From Bacillota bacterium (lineage in GTDB: Bacteria; Bacillota_I; Bacilli_A; Erysipelotrichales; Coprobacillaceae): 64,000 nucleotides of DNA. How positions within the stretch are numbered: the stretch's first letter is position 1; the number at the start of each line of letters is the position of its first letter. Both the position numbers and the translations under genes were made by a program. A model generated the notes under the pieces. The model worked only from the letters and a program-made list of their open reading frames with translations, was not told the DNA's origin and did no database searches. The stretch is taken from the NCBI GenBank assembly GCA_030540195.1, contig JAUNWT010000001.1:28598-92597 (forward strand), written 5' to 3'. This document shows, one piece after another, positions 1 to 8,322 of the stretch.

Positions 1-389
1 GTTAAAATAAAACCTTCACCACCGAATAAACCAGAAGAAAATTTCTTATTAAAGAAAACCGATGTTTCCACATTTTCTTCACTAGCTAGAAAGGCAGATT
101 TTTGAATAATAACTTCTTTTCCTGGTTCTACATCAACAGCGACAATTTTTCCAGGAAAACTTGAGGCAAAAGCAATTAAACCATCTTCATTTGCCATGTA
201 ACTATTTCTAAACAAAGTTTCACCAGAAAACATACGACCGATGATTTTACCAGCGCCACCACCGTTGGTTTCCATTTTCATACATGGATCCATCCAAGCC
301 ATAGCACCGCTATCACTAATCATTTTTTCACCTTTATTTAAATGACAAATAACGGCAGGGAGAGTATCTCCAACAATTTCATATTTCAT
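1..389 (-). CDS. TIGR00266/AIM24 (DUF124) family protein, 3' end cut by window edge
   Basis: Not in the ORF track because it runs off the window. Reverse-strand ATG at 389-387 with AAGGAG SD upstream. Translation begins MKYEIVGDTLPAVICHLNKGEKMISDSGAMAWMDP...FSGETLFRNSY, which resembles AIM24/DUF124 proteins. Confidence 0.6.
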   Translation of the reverse strand, partial: MKYEIVGDTLPAVICHLNKGEKMISDSGAMAWMDPCMKMETNGGGAGKIIGRMFSGETLFRNSYMANEDGLIAFASSFPGKIVAVDVEPGKEVIIQKSAFLASEENVETSVFFNKKFSSGLFGGEGFIL

Positions 390-403
390 AATTTTTCTCC
401 TTT

Positions 404-1426
404 TTATAAAGCCACACAAACAGGTTGAATAATAGTTAAGGTATTTCCTGTAGGCTTAATTTCTTCTTTTTCTTCATTGAATGTATAAAGCTCTAAACGG
501 TCTTCTTCTTGACTGGCAACGACAATATAACGATCATCAATAATATTAAAATCACGAGGTCCTTTTCCTGTATGCACCATATAAAGTAAAGTAATCTTTC
601 CTGTTTCTTGATTAACACGATAAAGGACAATACTATCGTGCCCTCGATTAGAAACAATAATATGTTTACCACTTGATGTCATATGAATAGCGGCAGCACT
701 TGAAAAACCATGGAAATGACGAGGTACACAATGAATAACTTGAATCAAAGTAAAGTGTCCTTCTTCATATTGATAAACCATAATACTATTGCCAATTTCA
801 TTAACAAGATAACAATATTTTCCATCATGAGAAAAAATCATATGACGAGGTCCACTACCTGGATTTACAGCTTGACTTAAAGACGTTTCTTCTAATTTTC
901 CATCTTTGAAATTATACATGACAATTTTATCAGCACCTAAATCAACACTATAAAGATATTTTTGATCTGGGGTAATTCCTACATAATGAGCATGAGGACT
1001 TGTTTGCCTTTTAAGTAAATCGATTCCTGAACCATGATGGTGAACAACAGAAAGTTTATCACCAATTTGATGATCTTTTAAAGGGAAAGCAGCAGTTGCC
1101 CCAACGTGATAATTGGCAGTGAATAAATATTTTTGATCAGGACTTAAACATAAATGAGTATAAGAACGACCATGAGAATTATAATAAGAAAGTTGTTTTA
1201 AATCATCATCTTCAATATGATAACTTGCGACACCTCCTCCTTCACCAACACGGGCATCTTTTAAAGATACATAAAGATAATCATCTTTTTTAATAACGTA
1301 AGAAGGAAAATCTTCGGTAGGAATATGTTTATTTAAATGAAGTTCATTTTTCGTTTCATCTAAAGTACATACATAAAGACCTTTTTCTTTTCCTTTAGCG
1401 TAACTTGATACATAAAAACGATACAC
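404..1426 (-). CDS. 7-bladed beta-propeller lactonase family protein (6-phosphogluconolactonase-like)
   Basis: ORF track 404..1459. Start moved to in-frame GTG (1426-1424) because AAGGAGG lies 8 nt upstream, inside the longer ORF, and the upstream ATG has no SD. Repeated beta-blade pattern (GSGPRH, GKGPRD) as in Pgl/YbhE-type lactonases. Confidence 0.8.
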   Translation of the reverse strand: MYRFYVSSYAKGKEKGLYVCTLDETKNELHLNKHIPTEDFPSYVIKKDDYLYVSLKDARVGEGGGVASYHIEDDDLKQLSYYNSHGRSYTHLCLSPDQKYLFTANYHVGATAAFPLKDHQIGDKLSVVHHHGSGIDLLKRQTSPHAHYVGITPDQKYLYSVDLGADKIVMYNFKDGKLEETSLSQAVNPGSGPRHMIFSHDGKYCYLVNEIGNSIMVYQYEEGHFTLIQVIHCVPRHFHGFSSAAAIHMTSSGKHIIVSNRGHDSIVLYRVNQETGKITLLYMVHTGKGPRDFNIIDDRYIVVASQEEDRLELYTFNEEKEEIKPTGNTLTIIQPVCVAL

Positions 1427-1520
1427 AAAAATCGCCTCCTTTTGAAATAATTGTACCATAAAATAACTAGAAAAAGCTTTCTATATATGAAAAAAAGAGA
1501 TGCGAGGCATCTCTTGAATT

Positions 1521-2660
1521 CTATTTTTGTCCAACACCTTTACAATAAGTTTGAACAACTTCATAATCTCTATCTAAAACAACAAGATCAGCATCATAAC
1601 CAACACCAATTGTTCCTTTACGATCATCAACATGTAAACATCTTGCTGGGTTTGATGTACAAGCGTTGATGGCATAATTGACAGGAACTAAAGCATCTTC
1701 AATTAAGATTTTTAATCCTTTGTTTACATTTAAAGTAGAACCAGCTAAGTTACCAGCTTCTACTAAATGAGCACTGCCGTCTGGATAGATGACAACTTCT
1801 TGTCCACCAAAATCAAATTTAGTACCTACAGGGAATCCTTTACACATTAAAGAATCTGTAATCATAATACTGTAATCAGGACCTTTTGAAGTAAAGAAAT
1901 TATTTAAAGCGGCAAGAGTAGAATGATTTCCATCACAAATAATTTCTCCATACATATTTCTAATACGTAAAGCTCCACCAACAAGTCCATTGGCACGATG
2001 AGTAAATGGAGTCATGGCATTATAAACATGAGTCATACTTCTTGCCCCGTGAGCATAAGCTTGAACAGCTTGGTCATAAGTTGCATTTGAATGTCCAATA
2101 CTGACAACCACATTATTTTGACTACAATATTTTGTAAGAGCAAAATCTTCATCATTTTCAACAGCCATTGTAATATATTTAATTAAACCATGAGCGGCTT
2201 TTTGATATCTTTTAAATTGTTCAATATCAGGTTTAACACAGTATTCTTCAGGTTGAGCGCCTTTATGTGCTTTATTTAAATAAGGACCTTCAAAATGAAT
2301 TCCTAAGATTTCAGCACCTTCATAACCTTCTTCCACAACTTTTGCGACATTACTTACCGCATTTGTAAGAACTTCTTCACTTTGAGTAAGAGTTGTTACA
2401 AGGAAAGAAGTAACACCTTCATCAACGATTCCTTTTGTCCATTTTCTTAATCCTTCAGGATTAGCATCATTTGTATCAAAACCATAAGCACCATGACAAT
2501 GAATATCAATAAAACCAGGAAGGATTCTTAAATCTCCATAGTCTTTTGTGACTTCTTTTTCATTGTAAGGATATATTTCTTTAATAATTCCATCTTCTAA
2601 TTCTAATTGTGCCGGAATGAATTGATCAGCAATCCAGACTTTTTTACTTTGTATAATCAT
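1521..2660 (-). CDS. nagA: N-acetylglucosamine-6-phosphate deacetylase
   Basis: 379 aa. Amidohydrolase metal motif IDIHCHGAYGFD near the N-terminus, HFEGPYLN and HVYNAM motifs. SD GAGGTGA. Confidence 0.9.
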   Translation of the reverse strand: MIIQSKKVWIADQFIPAQLELEDGIIKEIYPYNEKEVTKDYGDLRILPGFIDIHCHGAYGFDTNDANPEGLRKWTKGIVDEGVTSFLVTTLTQSEEVLTNAVSNVAKVVEEGYEGAEILGIHFEGPYLNKAHKGAQPEEYCVKPDIEQFKRYQKAAHGLIKYITMAVENDEDFALTKYCSQNNVVVSIGHSNATYDQAVQAYAHGARSMTHVYNAMTPFTHRANGLVGGALRIRNMYGEIICDGNHSTLAALNNFFTSKGPDYSIMITDSLMCKGFPVGTKFDFGGQEVVIYPDGSAHLVEAGNLAGSTLNVNKGLKILIEDALVPVNYAINACTSNPARCLHVDDRKGTIGVGYDADLVVLDRDYEVVQTYCKGVGQK

Positions 2661-2795
2661 AATTTCACCTCATCTATATTATAGAATACTTTGCTTATCT
2701 AGACAAGCAACAATTCCTTTAATTTCTAATAAAAATTCAATTTACCTTGACCTTAAATTAGTATATAATTAAGTCACTATAAGGAGGAGAAGGAT

Positions 2796-3287
2796 ATGGA
2801 TGAAAATTTACTTTTATCATTAATTGAAAACAACGCGAAAATGGAAGTCGTTGATCTTGCGGCCGCCTTAAACGAATCAGAAGAAAATGTTGAAAATAAA
2901 ATTAAAGATTTAGAGAAAAATAAAACAATCTATGGTTATCATACTTTAATCAACTGGGATAAAACAAACCATGATGTGTGCACAGCTGTGATTCAAGTTA
3001 ATGCAAAACCAGAAAGAGATTATGGATATGATCGTATTGCGAAAAAAATCTATAATTTTCCAGAAGTAGATACAATGTATTTATTAGCGGGAAATTATGA
3101 ATTCTTATTAATTGTTAAAGGAAAAACAATGGTTGAAGTTGCTAAATTCGTGAATAGTCGTTTAGCGGTTATTGAAGGGATTGAAAGAACAGCCACAATG
3201 TATGTTTTAAAACAATATAAAAACATGGGTAAACTTGTTGATGGTGATAATAAAGATGCAGCAGAAAGATTATTGGTAACTCCATAA
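2796..3287 (+). CDS. Lrp/AsnC family transcriptional regulator
   Basis: 163 aa, N-terminal HTH plus C-terminal AsnC-type ligand domain. Its stop overlaps the start of the next gene (TAATG). The arrangement resembles B. subtilis alaR-alaT. Confidence 0.85.
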   Translation: MDENLLLSLIENNAKMEVVDLAAALNESEENVENKIKDLEKNKTIYGYHTLINWDKTNHDVCTAVIQVNAKPERDYGYDRIAKKIYNFPEVDTMYLLAGNYEFLLIVKGKTMVEVAKFVNSRLAVIEGIERTATMYVLKQYKNMGKLVDGDNKDAAERLLVTP

Positions 3288-4456
3288 TGGATTTTGAAAA
3301 AATTGTAAATCCTATTGTAAAGGATATTCCACCAAGTGGAATTCGTAAATTCTTTGATCTTGCTAATCAAATGGAAGGTGTTATTTCTTTAGGGGTAGGG
3401 GAACCTGATTTTGCAACCCCTTGGACAATTAGAGAAGCTGCAATCTATTCAATTGAAAAAGGAAAAACATTCTATACTGCAAATCAAGGATTATTAGAAT
3501 TAAGAAAAGAAATTTGTAAATATCAAAAAAGAAAATTTGATTTAGATTATAAACCAGAACAATGTATCGTTACTGTTGGAGGATCTGAAGGAATCGATCT
3601 TGCCTTTAGAACGATCATTAATCCAGGTGATGAAGTCATTTTATTACAACCAAGCTATGTTGCTTATACACCAGGTGTTGCACTTGCTGGGGGAGTAGTA
3701 AGAAACATCACTTTAACAGAAGAAAATGAATTTAAATTAACACCTGAACTTTTAAAAGAAGCTATCAATGAAAAAACAAAAGCCATTCTTTTAAACTATC
3801 CAAGTAATCCAACAGGTGGATTCATGACAAAAGAAGACTATGAAAAATTGGTACCAATCTTTAAAGAATCAGGTATCATGATCATCACGGATGAAATCTA
3901 TGCAGAACTTTCCTATGAACATAAATTCTGTTCAATTGCCTCTTTTGATGAAATCAAAGACCAAGTTATTCTTGTTAGTGGTTTTTCAAAAGCTTATGCG
4001 ATGACAGGATGGCGTTTAGGTTATGTTCTTGCAAACGAATATCTTGTTAAAATGATGAAAAAGATTCATCAATATGTCATTATGTCAGCTCCAACATGTG
4101 CTCAATATGGAGCCATTGAAGCAATGAGACATTGTGATGAAGAAATTGAAAAAATGCGACAAGCTTATCTTGCAAGAAGAAATTTCTTGGTCAAAACATT
4201 TAATGAAATGGGACTTAAAACATTTACGCCACAAGGGGCCTTCTATGTTTTCCCATGTATTAAATCAACCGGTTTAACATCGGAACAATTCTGTGAAGAG
4301 TTATTAAACGATCAGTTAGTAGCCTGCGTGCCAGGAAGTGCTTTTGGTGAAGCCGGAGAAGGATATATTCGTGTTTCTTATGCTTATAGTTTAGAAGAAC
4401 TTAAAGCGGCAACTAAAAAAATTAGAAAATTCTTAGAAAACAAGGGAGTTATTTAA
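3287..4456 (+). CDS. PLP-dependent class I/II aminotransferase (alanine/aspartate transaminase-like)
   Basis: 389 aa. PLP-lysine region SGFSKAYAMTGWRLGY, plus NPTG and GVGEPDF motifs. Confidence 0.9.
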   Translation: MDFEKIVNPIVKDIPPSGIRKFFDLANQMEGVISLGVGEPDFATPWTIREAAIYSIEKGKTFYTANQGLLELRKEICKYQKRKFDLDYKPEQCIVTVGGSEGIDLAFRTIINPGDEVILLQPSYVAYTPGVALAGGVVRNITLTEENEFKLTPELLKEAINEKTKAILLNYPSNPTGGFMTKEDYEKLVPIFKESGIMIITDEIYAELSYEHKFCSIASFDEIKDQVILVSGFSKAYAMTGWRLGYVLANEYLVKMMKKIHQYVIMSAPTCAQYGAIEAMRHCDEEIEKMRQAYLARRNFLVKTFNEMGLKTFTPQGAFYVFPCIKSTGLTSEQFCEELLNDQLVACVPGSAFGEAGEGYIRVSYAYSLEELKAATKKIRKFLENKGVI

Positions 4457-4468
4457 CTCCTTTTTTTT
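4445..4468 (+). terminator. Rho-independent terminator after aminotransferase
   Basis: GGAGTT-ATTT-AACTCC hairpin followed by T8. It overlaps the stop codon. Confidence 0.6.
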
Positions 4469-4546
4469 GGCTTTAAAATAGATGCAAATTCATCATAAAA
4501 AGAAACAATTCCCTATAATAAAGATAAAGAAAAGGGGATGATTAAG

Positions 4547-5179
4547 ATGTTTGCAAGAAGTTATGAACAAATGACAGATGTATCTATTATGGAGGTAAAA
4601 ACATATTTATTAATTCATAGTGAAGGTGTTTATCAACAAGATATTTATGATTTAATGAATAAATGTTTAGATGTTTCTCAGTTAAAAAGAAAATTGAATA
4701 AAAGAAAAGATCTTCAATTATGGTTGTTTACAACAATTAAAAGATATATTGATTGTAGTTTATCTTATAATGAAATGGAATATCATCTTATTATGATGAA
4801 TAAACTTATTCACCAACATTTTCGTCCTTTGGTCGAATATAAATATAATTTATTTTATTATATTTTAGATAAAAGTAGTTTTAATCTAGAAACTTATTGT
4901 TTACTAAGACATTTACTTACTTTTAAAATGAATCAATTAAATAAAGTAATTTTAGGAATGACAAATTATAAAATGTTAAGTGATGAACAAACACATTATT
5001 ATGCAAGTCTTATTCTTTTGTTAGAAAAACAATACAAACAAGCTTATCTACACTTACCATTTGTCACATTAGATGAATCATTTAAACGCTTTGAAAAATC
5101 TCTTTATAATTATTCACCATATCGCTATGAAATGTTGTATCATAAAGACAAGACATATTCACTTAATTATGCAAGATAG
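4547..5179 (+). CDS. hypothetical protein, no recognisable domain
   Basis: ORF track 4538..5179. ATG 4547 is preferred because it sits 9 nt after AAAGGGG, whereas ATG 4538 abuts the SD. Soluble, Tyr/Leu/Lys-rich, visibly AT-richer than its neighbours. Confidence 0.5.
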   Translation: MFARSYEQMTDVSIMEVKTYLLIHSEGVYQQDIYDLMNKCLDVSQLKRKLNKRKDLQLWLFTTIKRYIDCSLSYNEMEYHLIMMNKLIHQHFRPLVEYKYNLFYYILDKSSFNLETYCLLRHLLTFKMNQLNKVILGMTNYKMLSDEQTHYYASLILLLEKQYKQAYLHLPFVTLDESFKRFEKSLYNYSPYRYEMLYHKDKTYSLNYAR

Positions 5180-5188
5180 GAGAAAATC

Positions 5189-6175
5189 ATGGACAGACTC
5201 TATTACACATATCTTATTATTAAAGAATCATTGGATTATATACCCGCTATTGAAATAAAAAGGCTACTTGAAGAAAAATATCAAATCAAAGTTGATGTTA
5301 AAACAGTTTATCAAGCGATTAGAAATATTAATGAATTATCAAACTATATTTATCAAAAAGAAATCATTAAAATGAAACATCGAAAAGGCTATAGTATTGA
5401 TGAAGAATTTTTCAATGATGGACAATTTCAATATCTATGGGACAGTGTGCTTTTCAACAATGACTTAAATGAAAATGAAGTAAATGCTTTACTTACAAAA
5501 TTACAAACCTTAAGTTCAAGTAAACAACTTTCACGTATTCAAAATCAACCAAGAAAAACACAACCAAGAAATTATGATTTACTTTTAAATATGACAACCG
5601 TCATTAAAGCAATTCATGAAAAGAAAAATATTTATTTTAAATATGTAAGTTATGAAATCAAAAGAAATAAGTTTGTAGAAATTGCGCATAATCATGGAAA
5701 TCATAAAGAAAATAATGAATTCTATATTATTTCTCCTTATAAACTAATTCAAAGAGATTCTAAATACTATGTTTTAGGTTATTTTAATCAACGCCCTGAT
5801 AAACTTTCTATTTATCGTCTTGATCGTATGCGTCTTGTAAGAAATCATAAAAGCCCTTTTGAAGAAGGGGAACAATTTGATTTAGAACAAGAAGTTGATC
5901 ATATAAATATGTATGTTTCAGGACAAAAAGATACGCTTGAAATTAGTTTTGATGAAGTGGTTTTAAGGGAAGTTATCGATCAATTTGGACAAGATCATCC
6001 AGTTAAAAAAGACTTTGAAAATCGTTATCATCTTACTATAGAAGATGTTCTTATCTCTGATGGGTTGATAGGATGGTTGATGATGTTACAAGATCATGTA
6101 AAAGTTATTAAACCTTATTCTTTACAAGAAGAAATGAAAAAAAGAATTGAAAAAATGTTTATACAATATAAATAG
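5189..6175 (+). CDS. WYL domain transcriptional regulator (wHTH-WYL-WCX architecture)
   Basis: 328 aa. N-terminal wHTH (IPAIEIKRLLEEKYQIKVDVKTVYQAIRNI). WYL core YIISPYKLIQRDSKYYVLGYFNQRPDKLSIYRLDRM. C-terminal extension GLIGWLMMLQDHVKVIKP. SD AGGAGAA. Confidence 0.8.
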   Translation: MDRLYYTYLIIKESLDYIPAIEIKRLLEEKYQIKVDVKTVYQAIRNINELSNYIYQKEIIKMKHRKGYSIDEEFFNDGQFQYLWDSVLFNNDLNENEVNALLTKLQTLSSSKQLSRIQNQPRKTQPRNYDLLLNMTTVIKAIHEKKNIYFKYVSYEIKRNKFVEIAHNHGNHKENNEFYIISPYKLIQRDSKYYVLGYFNQRPDKLSIYRLDRMRLVRNHKSPFEEGEQFDLEQEVDHINMYVSGQKDTLEISFDEVVLREVIDQFGQDHPVKKDFENRYHLTIEDVLISDGLIGWLMMLQDHVKVIKPYSLQEEMKKRIEKMFIQYK

Positions 6176-6195
6176 AGCTATCATTTGGATAGCTC
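6175..6195. terminator. Shared hairpin between convergent WYL and LysR genes
   Basis: GAGCTATC-ATTTG-GATAGCTC followed by TTTT. It overlaps the 3' end of the LysR CDS. Confidence 0.5.
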
Positions 6196-7053
6196 TTTTG
6201 TCTTTTTCCAATCAATATCTTTGATTTGTTTAATAATAGATTGAAATAAATTTCTTTTATCTTTTGGATAAATCGCATAATAACGAACATGGGCTTCTGG
6301 ATCAGTAATCGGTATTAGAATACGATTATCTTCTGCCTCTTCTCTTTGAATCGTGATATCACTTCTAAAATTAGGCAAAGCAGACATCTTTGTAAGTTCA
6401 TTAAAAACAGAAGGATCATCTTGAAATAAAAGATGTGATTCAGGAATCATACGTTGACAGACTTCATTCCAAAAACCAATTCGTGAAAGAAGTAAAACAC
6501 TTTGACCGTTTAAATCAGAAAAAGATATTTCTTTAAAAGGTGCTAAAGGATGTGCTGGAGGCACAGATAAATAAAGGGATTCATTTAAAAATTCTTGTGA
6601 GATATATTTTTTATCTTGTAAAGAATGATGTAAAACAATTAAAGAATAATCCCCTTTTTCTAATCCTTCAATTAATGTCTTTTCATCTTGAACAAGGGTA
6701 CTTTCAATTTGGGCTTCTGTATTATTTAATAAAGTATATTCAACACCCCATAAAGGAGCTGGTGCACAAGAACCAAAAGAAATATGATTTTGACTTAATT
6801 TTGTAAGTTCTTTAATCATTTCTTCTCGTCCATTAAGTAACTTTTGCGCAAATTCTACCGCAAGTTTTCCATTTTCATTCAGTTCAATTTTATTTTTCTT
6901 ACGATCAAATAAAGAAAGTCCTAAATCTTCTTCTAATCTTTGCATCGATCTTGTCAGTCCTGGTTGAGAAATCAACAATTCTTCAGCAGCTTTTGAAATG
7001 GTTTTATTTTTCGCAATGGATACAAGATGTTCAAGTTGGTTAAATTCAATCAT
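6181..7053 (-). CDS. LysR family transcriptional regulator
   Basis: ORF track 6181..7086. Start moved to ATG 7053-7051 (MIEFNQLEHLVSIAKNKTISKAAEELLISQPGLTRSMQRLE, a typical LTTR HTH) with GGAAGTGAG SD upstream. Confidence 0.9.
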   Translation of the reverse strand: MIEFNQLEHLVSIAKNKTISKAAEELLISQPGLTRSMQRLEEDLGLSLFDRKKNKIELNENGKLAVEFAQKLLNGREEMIKELTKLSQNHISFGSCAPAPLWGVEYTLLNNTEAQIESTLVQDEKTLIEGLEKGDYSLIVLHHSLQDKKYISQEFLNESLYLSVPPAHPLAPFKEISFSDLNGQSVLLLSRIGFWNEVCQRMIPESHLLFQDDPSVFNELTKMSALPNFRSDITIQREEAEDNRILIPITDPEAHVRYYAIYPKDKRNLFQSIIKQIKDIDWKKTKELSK

Positions 7054-7076
7054 AGTCTCACTTCCTTTTTCGTTAT

Positions 7077-7152
7077 TATAACACACTATGAGTTTGAGTT
7101 ATAGTGAGATAATTGAATGATAATGTACTTTTTTTAAAGCACATATTAAAAT
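7077..7152 (+). promoter_or_regulatory. Conserved operator+promoter module, copy A (divergent lysR/flavoprotein region)
   Basis: TATAAC (7077-7082), N15, GTTATA (7098-7103), 19 nt, ATGTAC (7123-7128), 18 nt, TAAAAT (7147-7152). Same layout as copies B-D except that the half-site gap is 15 nt rather than 5. Confidence 0.55.
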
Positions 7153-7182
7153 GAAAATAGTTAAGGAAAAAGGAGAAGAAAA

Positions 7183-7803
7183 ATGAAAGTGTTAATAATT
7201 AATGGAAGTCCTCGCCCAAGAGGAAATACAAAGATTGCCCTCGATGAAATGGTTAAAATCTTTGATCAAGAAGGTATTGAAAGTGAAATTGTGCATGTTG
7301 GAAATAAAGATATTCGAGGATGCATTGCCTGTATGTCATGTAAAACAAGATTAGGTCATTGCGTCTTTGATGATTGTGTCAATGAGATTTCTAAAAAGTT
7401 TGAAGAAGCAGATGGACTTGTGGTTGGAACACCGGTTTATTATGGTTCTGCCAATGCAACCTTAATTGCTTTTCTAACAAGACTGTTCTATAGTACGTCC
7501 TTTGATAAAACGATGAAAGTTGGGGCAAGTGCTATTGTCGCAAGACGTGGGGGAATTTCTTCAACTTATGATGAAATCAATAAATTCTTTGCTATTTCAG
7601 GAATGCCAATTGCTTCTTCACAATATTGGAATTCTATTCATGGAAGAGAAATAGGAGAAGCAAGCCAAGATGAAGAAGGATTACAAACAATGCGTGTTCT
7701 TGCTAGAAATATGTCATTTTTAATGAAATGTATACATGATGGTAAAGAAAAATATGGTTTACCAGAAAAAGAAGAATTTCATCGTACAAACTTTATTAGA
7801 TAA
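7183..7803 (+). CDS. Iron-sulfur flavoprotein (Isf)-like NAD(P)H-dependent FMN reductase family protein
   Basis: 206 aa. MKVLIINGSPRPRGNT flavodoxin-like N-terminus. Compact Cys motif CIACMSCKTRLGHC (CX2CX2CX5C) as in Isf proteins. Confidence 0.8.
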   Translation: MKVLIINGSPRPRGNTKIALDEMVKIFDQEGIESEIVHVGNKDIRGCIACMSCKTRLGHCVFDDCVNEISKKFEEADGLVVGTPVYYGSANATLIAFLTRLFYSTSFDKTMKVGASAIVARRGGISSTYDEINKFFAISGMPIASSQYWNSIHGREIGEASQDEEGLQTMRVLARNMSFLMKCIHDGKEKYGLPEKEEFHRTNFIR

Positions 7804-7812
7804 TAAAAAGAG

Positions 7813-8223
7813 CTAACGCTCTTTTTCGTTATCTAAATTAATTAAATTACTTACATAAGGCTTTTTACCACTTAAAACATCATCATAAAGATTTTGTTTC
7901 CAATCAATATAATCAATACTTTCTTCAAGTTGTTGAATCGTATCTTCAAGACTTTTTCTTTTTCTAGAAAGCATTTCTTGACGTATTTTAATTGTTGAAG
8001 GACCTTGTAAACAAAGAGCCAAGTATTCTTTCATTTCTTGAATACTAAAATCACATTTCTTTAAACAAGAAAGATCTTTGATCCAATTTACATCATGTTC
8101 ATCAAAAATACGACGATTATTTTTCTCTCTTTTTACATTAGGAACAAGTCCTTCATTACAATAATATTTTAAAGTTTGATAAGTCATATCAAGCTTACGA
8201 CAAACTTGCATCATTGTGTACAT
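7813..8223 (-). CDS. MerR family transcriptional regulator (NmlR/AdhR-like)
   Basis: ORF track 7813..8232. Start moved to ATG 8223-8221 (GAGGTGA SD). HTH MQVCRKLDMTYQTLKYYCNEGLV, then a coiled-coil dimerisation helix. Several Cys residues. Confidence 0.85.
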   Translation of the reverse strand: MYTMMQVCRKLDMTYQTLKYYCNEGLVPNVKREKNNRRIFDEHDVNWIKDLSCLKKCDFSIQEMKEYLALCLQGPSTIKIRQEMLSRKRKSLEDTIQQLEESIDYIDWKQNLYDDVLSGKKPYVSNLINLDNEKER

Positions 8224-8253
8224 AAAAATCACCTCAAAAAAATTATATTCTTC

Positions 8254-8284
8254 TTGACCGATAGTTACAACCGTAAATTATAAT
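8254..8284 (+). promoter_or_regulatory. MerR-type promoter with 19-bp spacer upstream of Fe-ADH
   Basis: TTGACC (8254-8259), 19 nt (GATAGTTACAACCGTAAAT), TATAAT (8279-8284). The over-long spacer is the hallmark of MerR-activated promoters. Confidence 0.6.
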
Positions 8285-8322
8285 CACATTGTAATAGATA
8301 AGAGATAAAGGGGGCTTATAAA

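Noticed and set aside
5123-5143. R-x5-H (RYEMLYH) near the C-terminus of the unknown 210-aa protein, as a possible HEPN nuclease motif
   Set aside because: It is a single short motif expected by chance. No surrounding HEPN-like helical pattern can be judged by eye. It is mentioned only as something a profile search could test.
8260-8278. Expected perfect dyad operator inside the 19-bp MerR spacer
   Set aside because: Only a weak pseudo-dyad (GTTAC/AAC) is visible. I therefore claim the spacer length, not a defined operator sequence.
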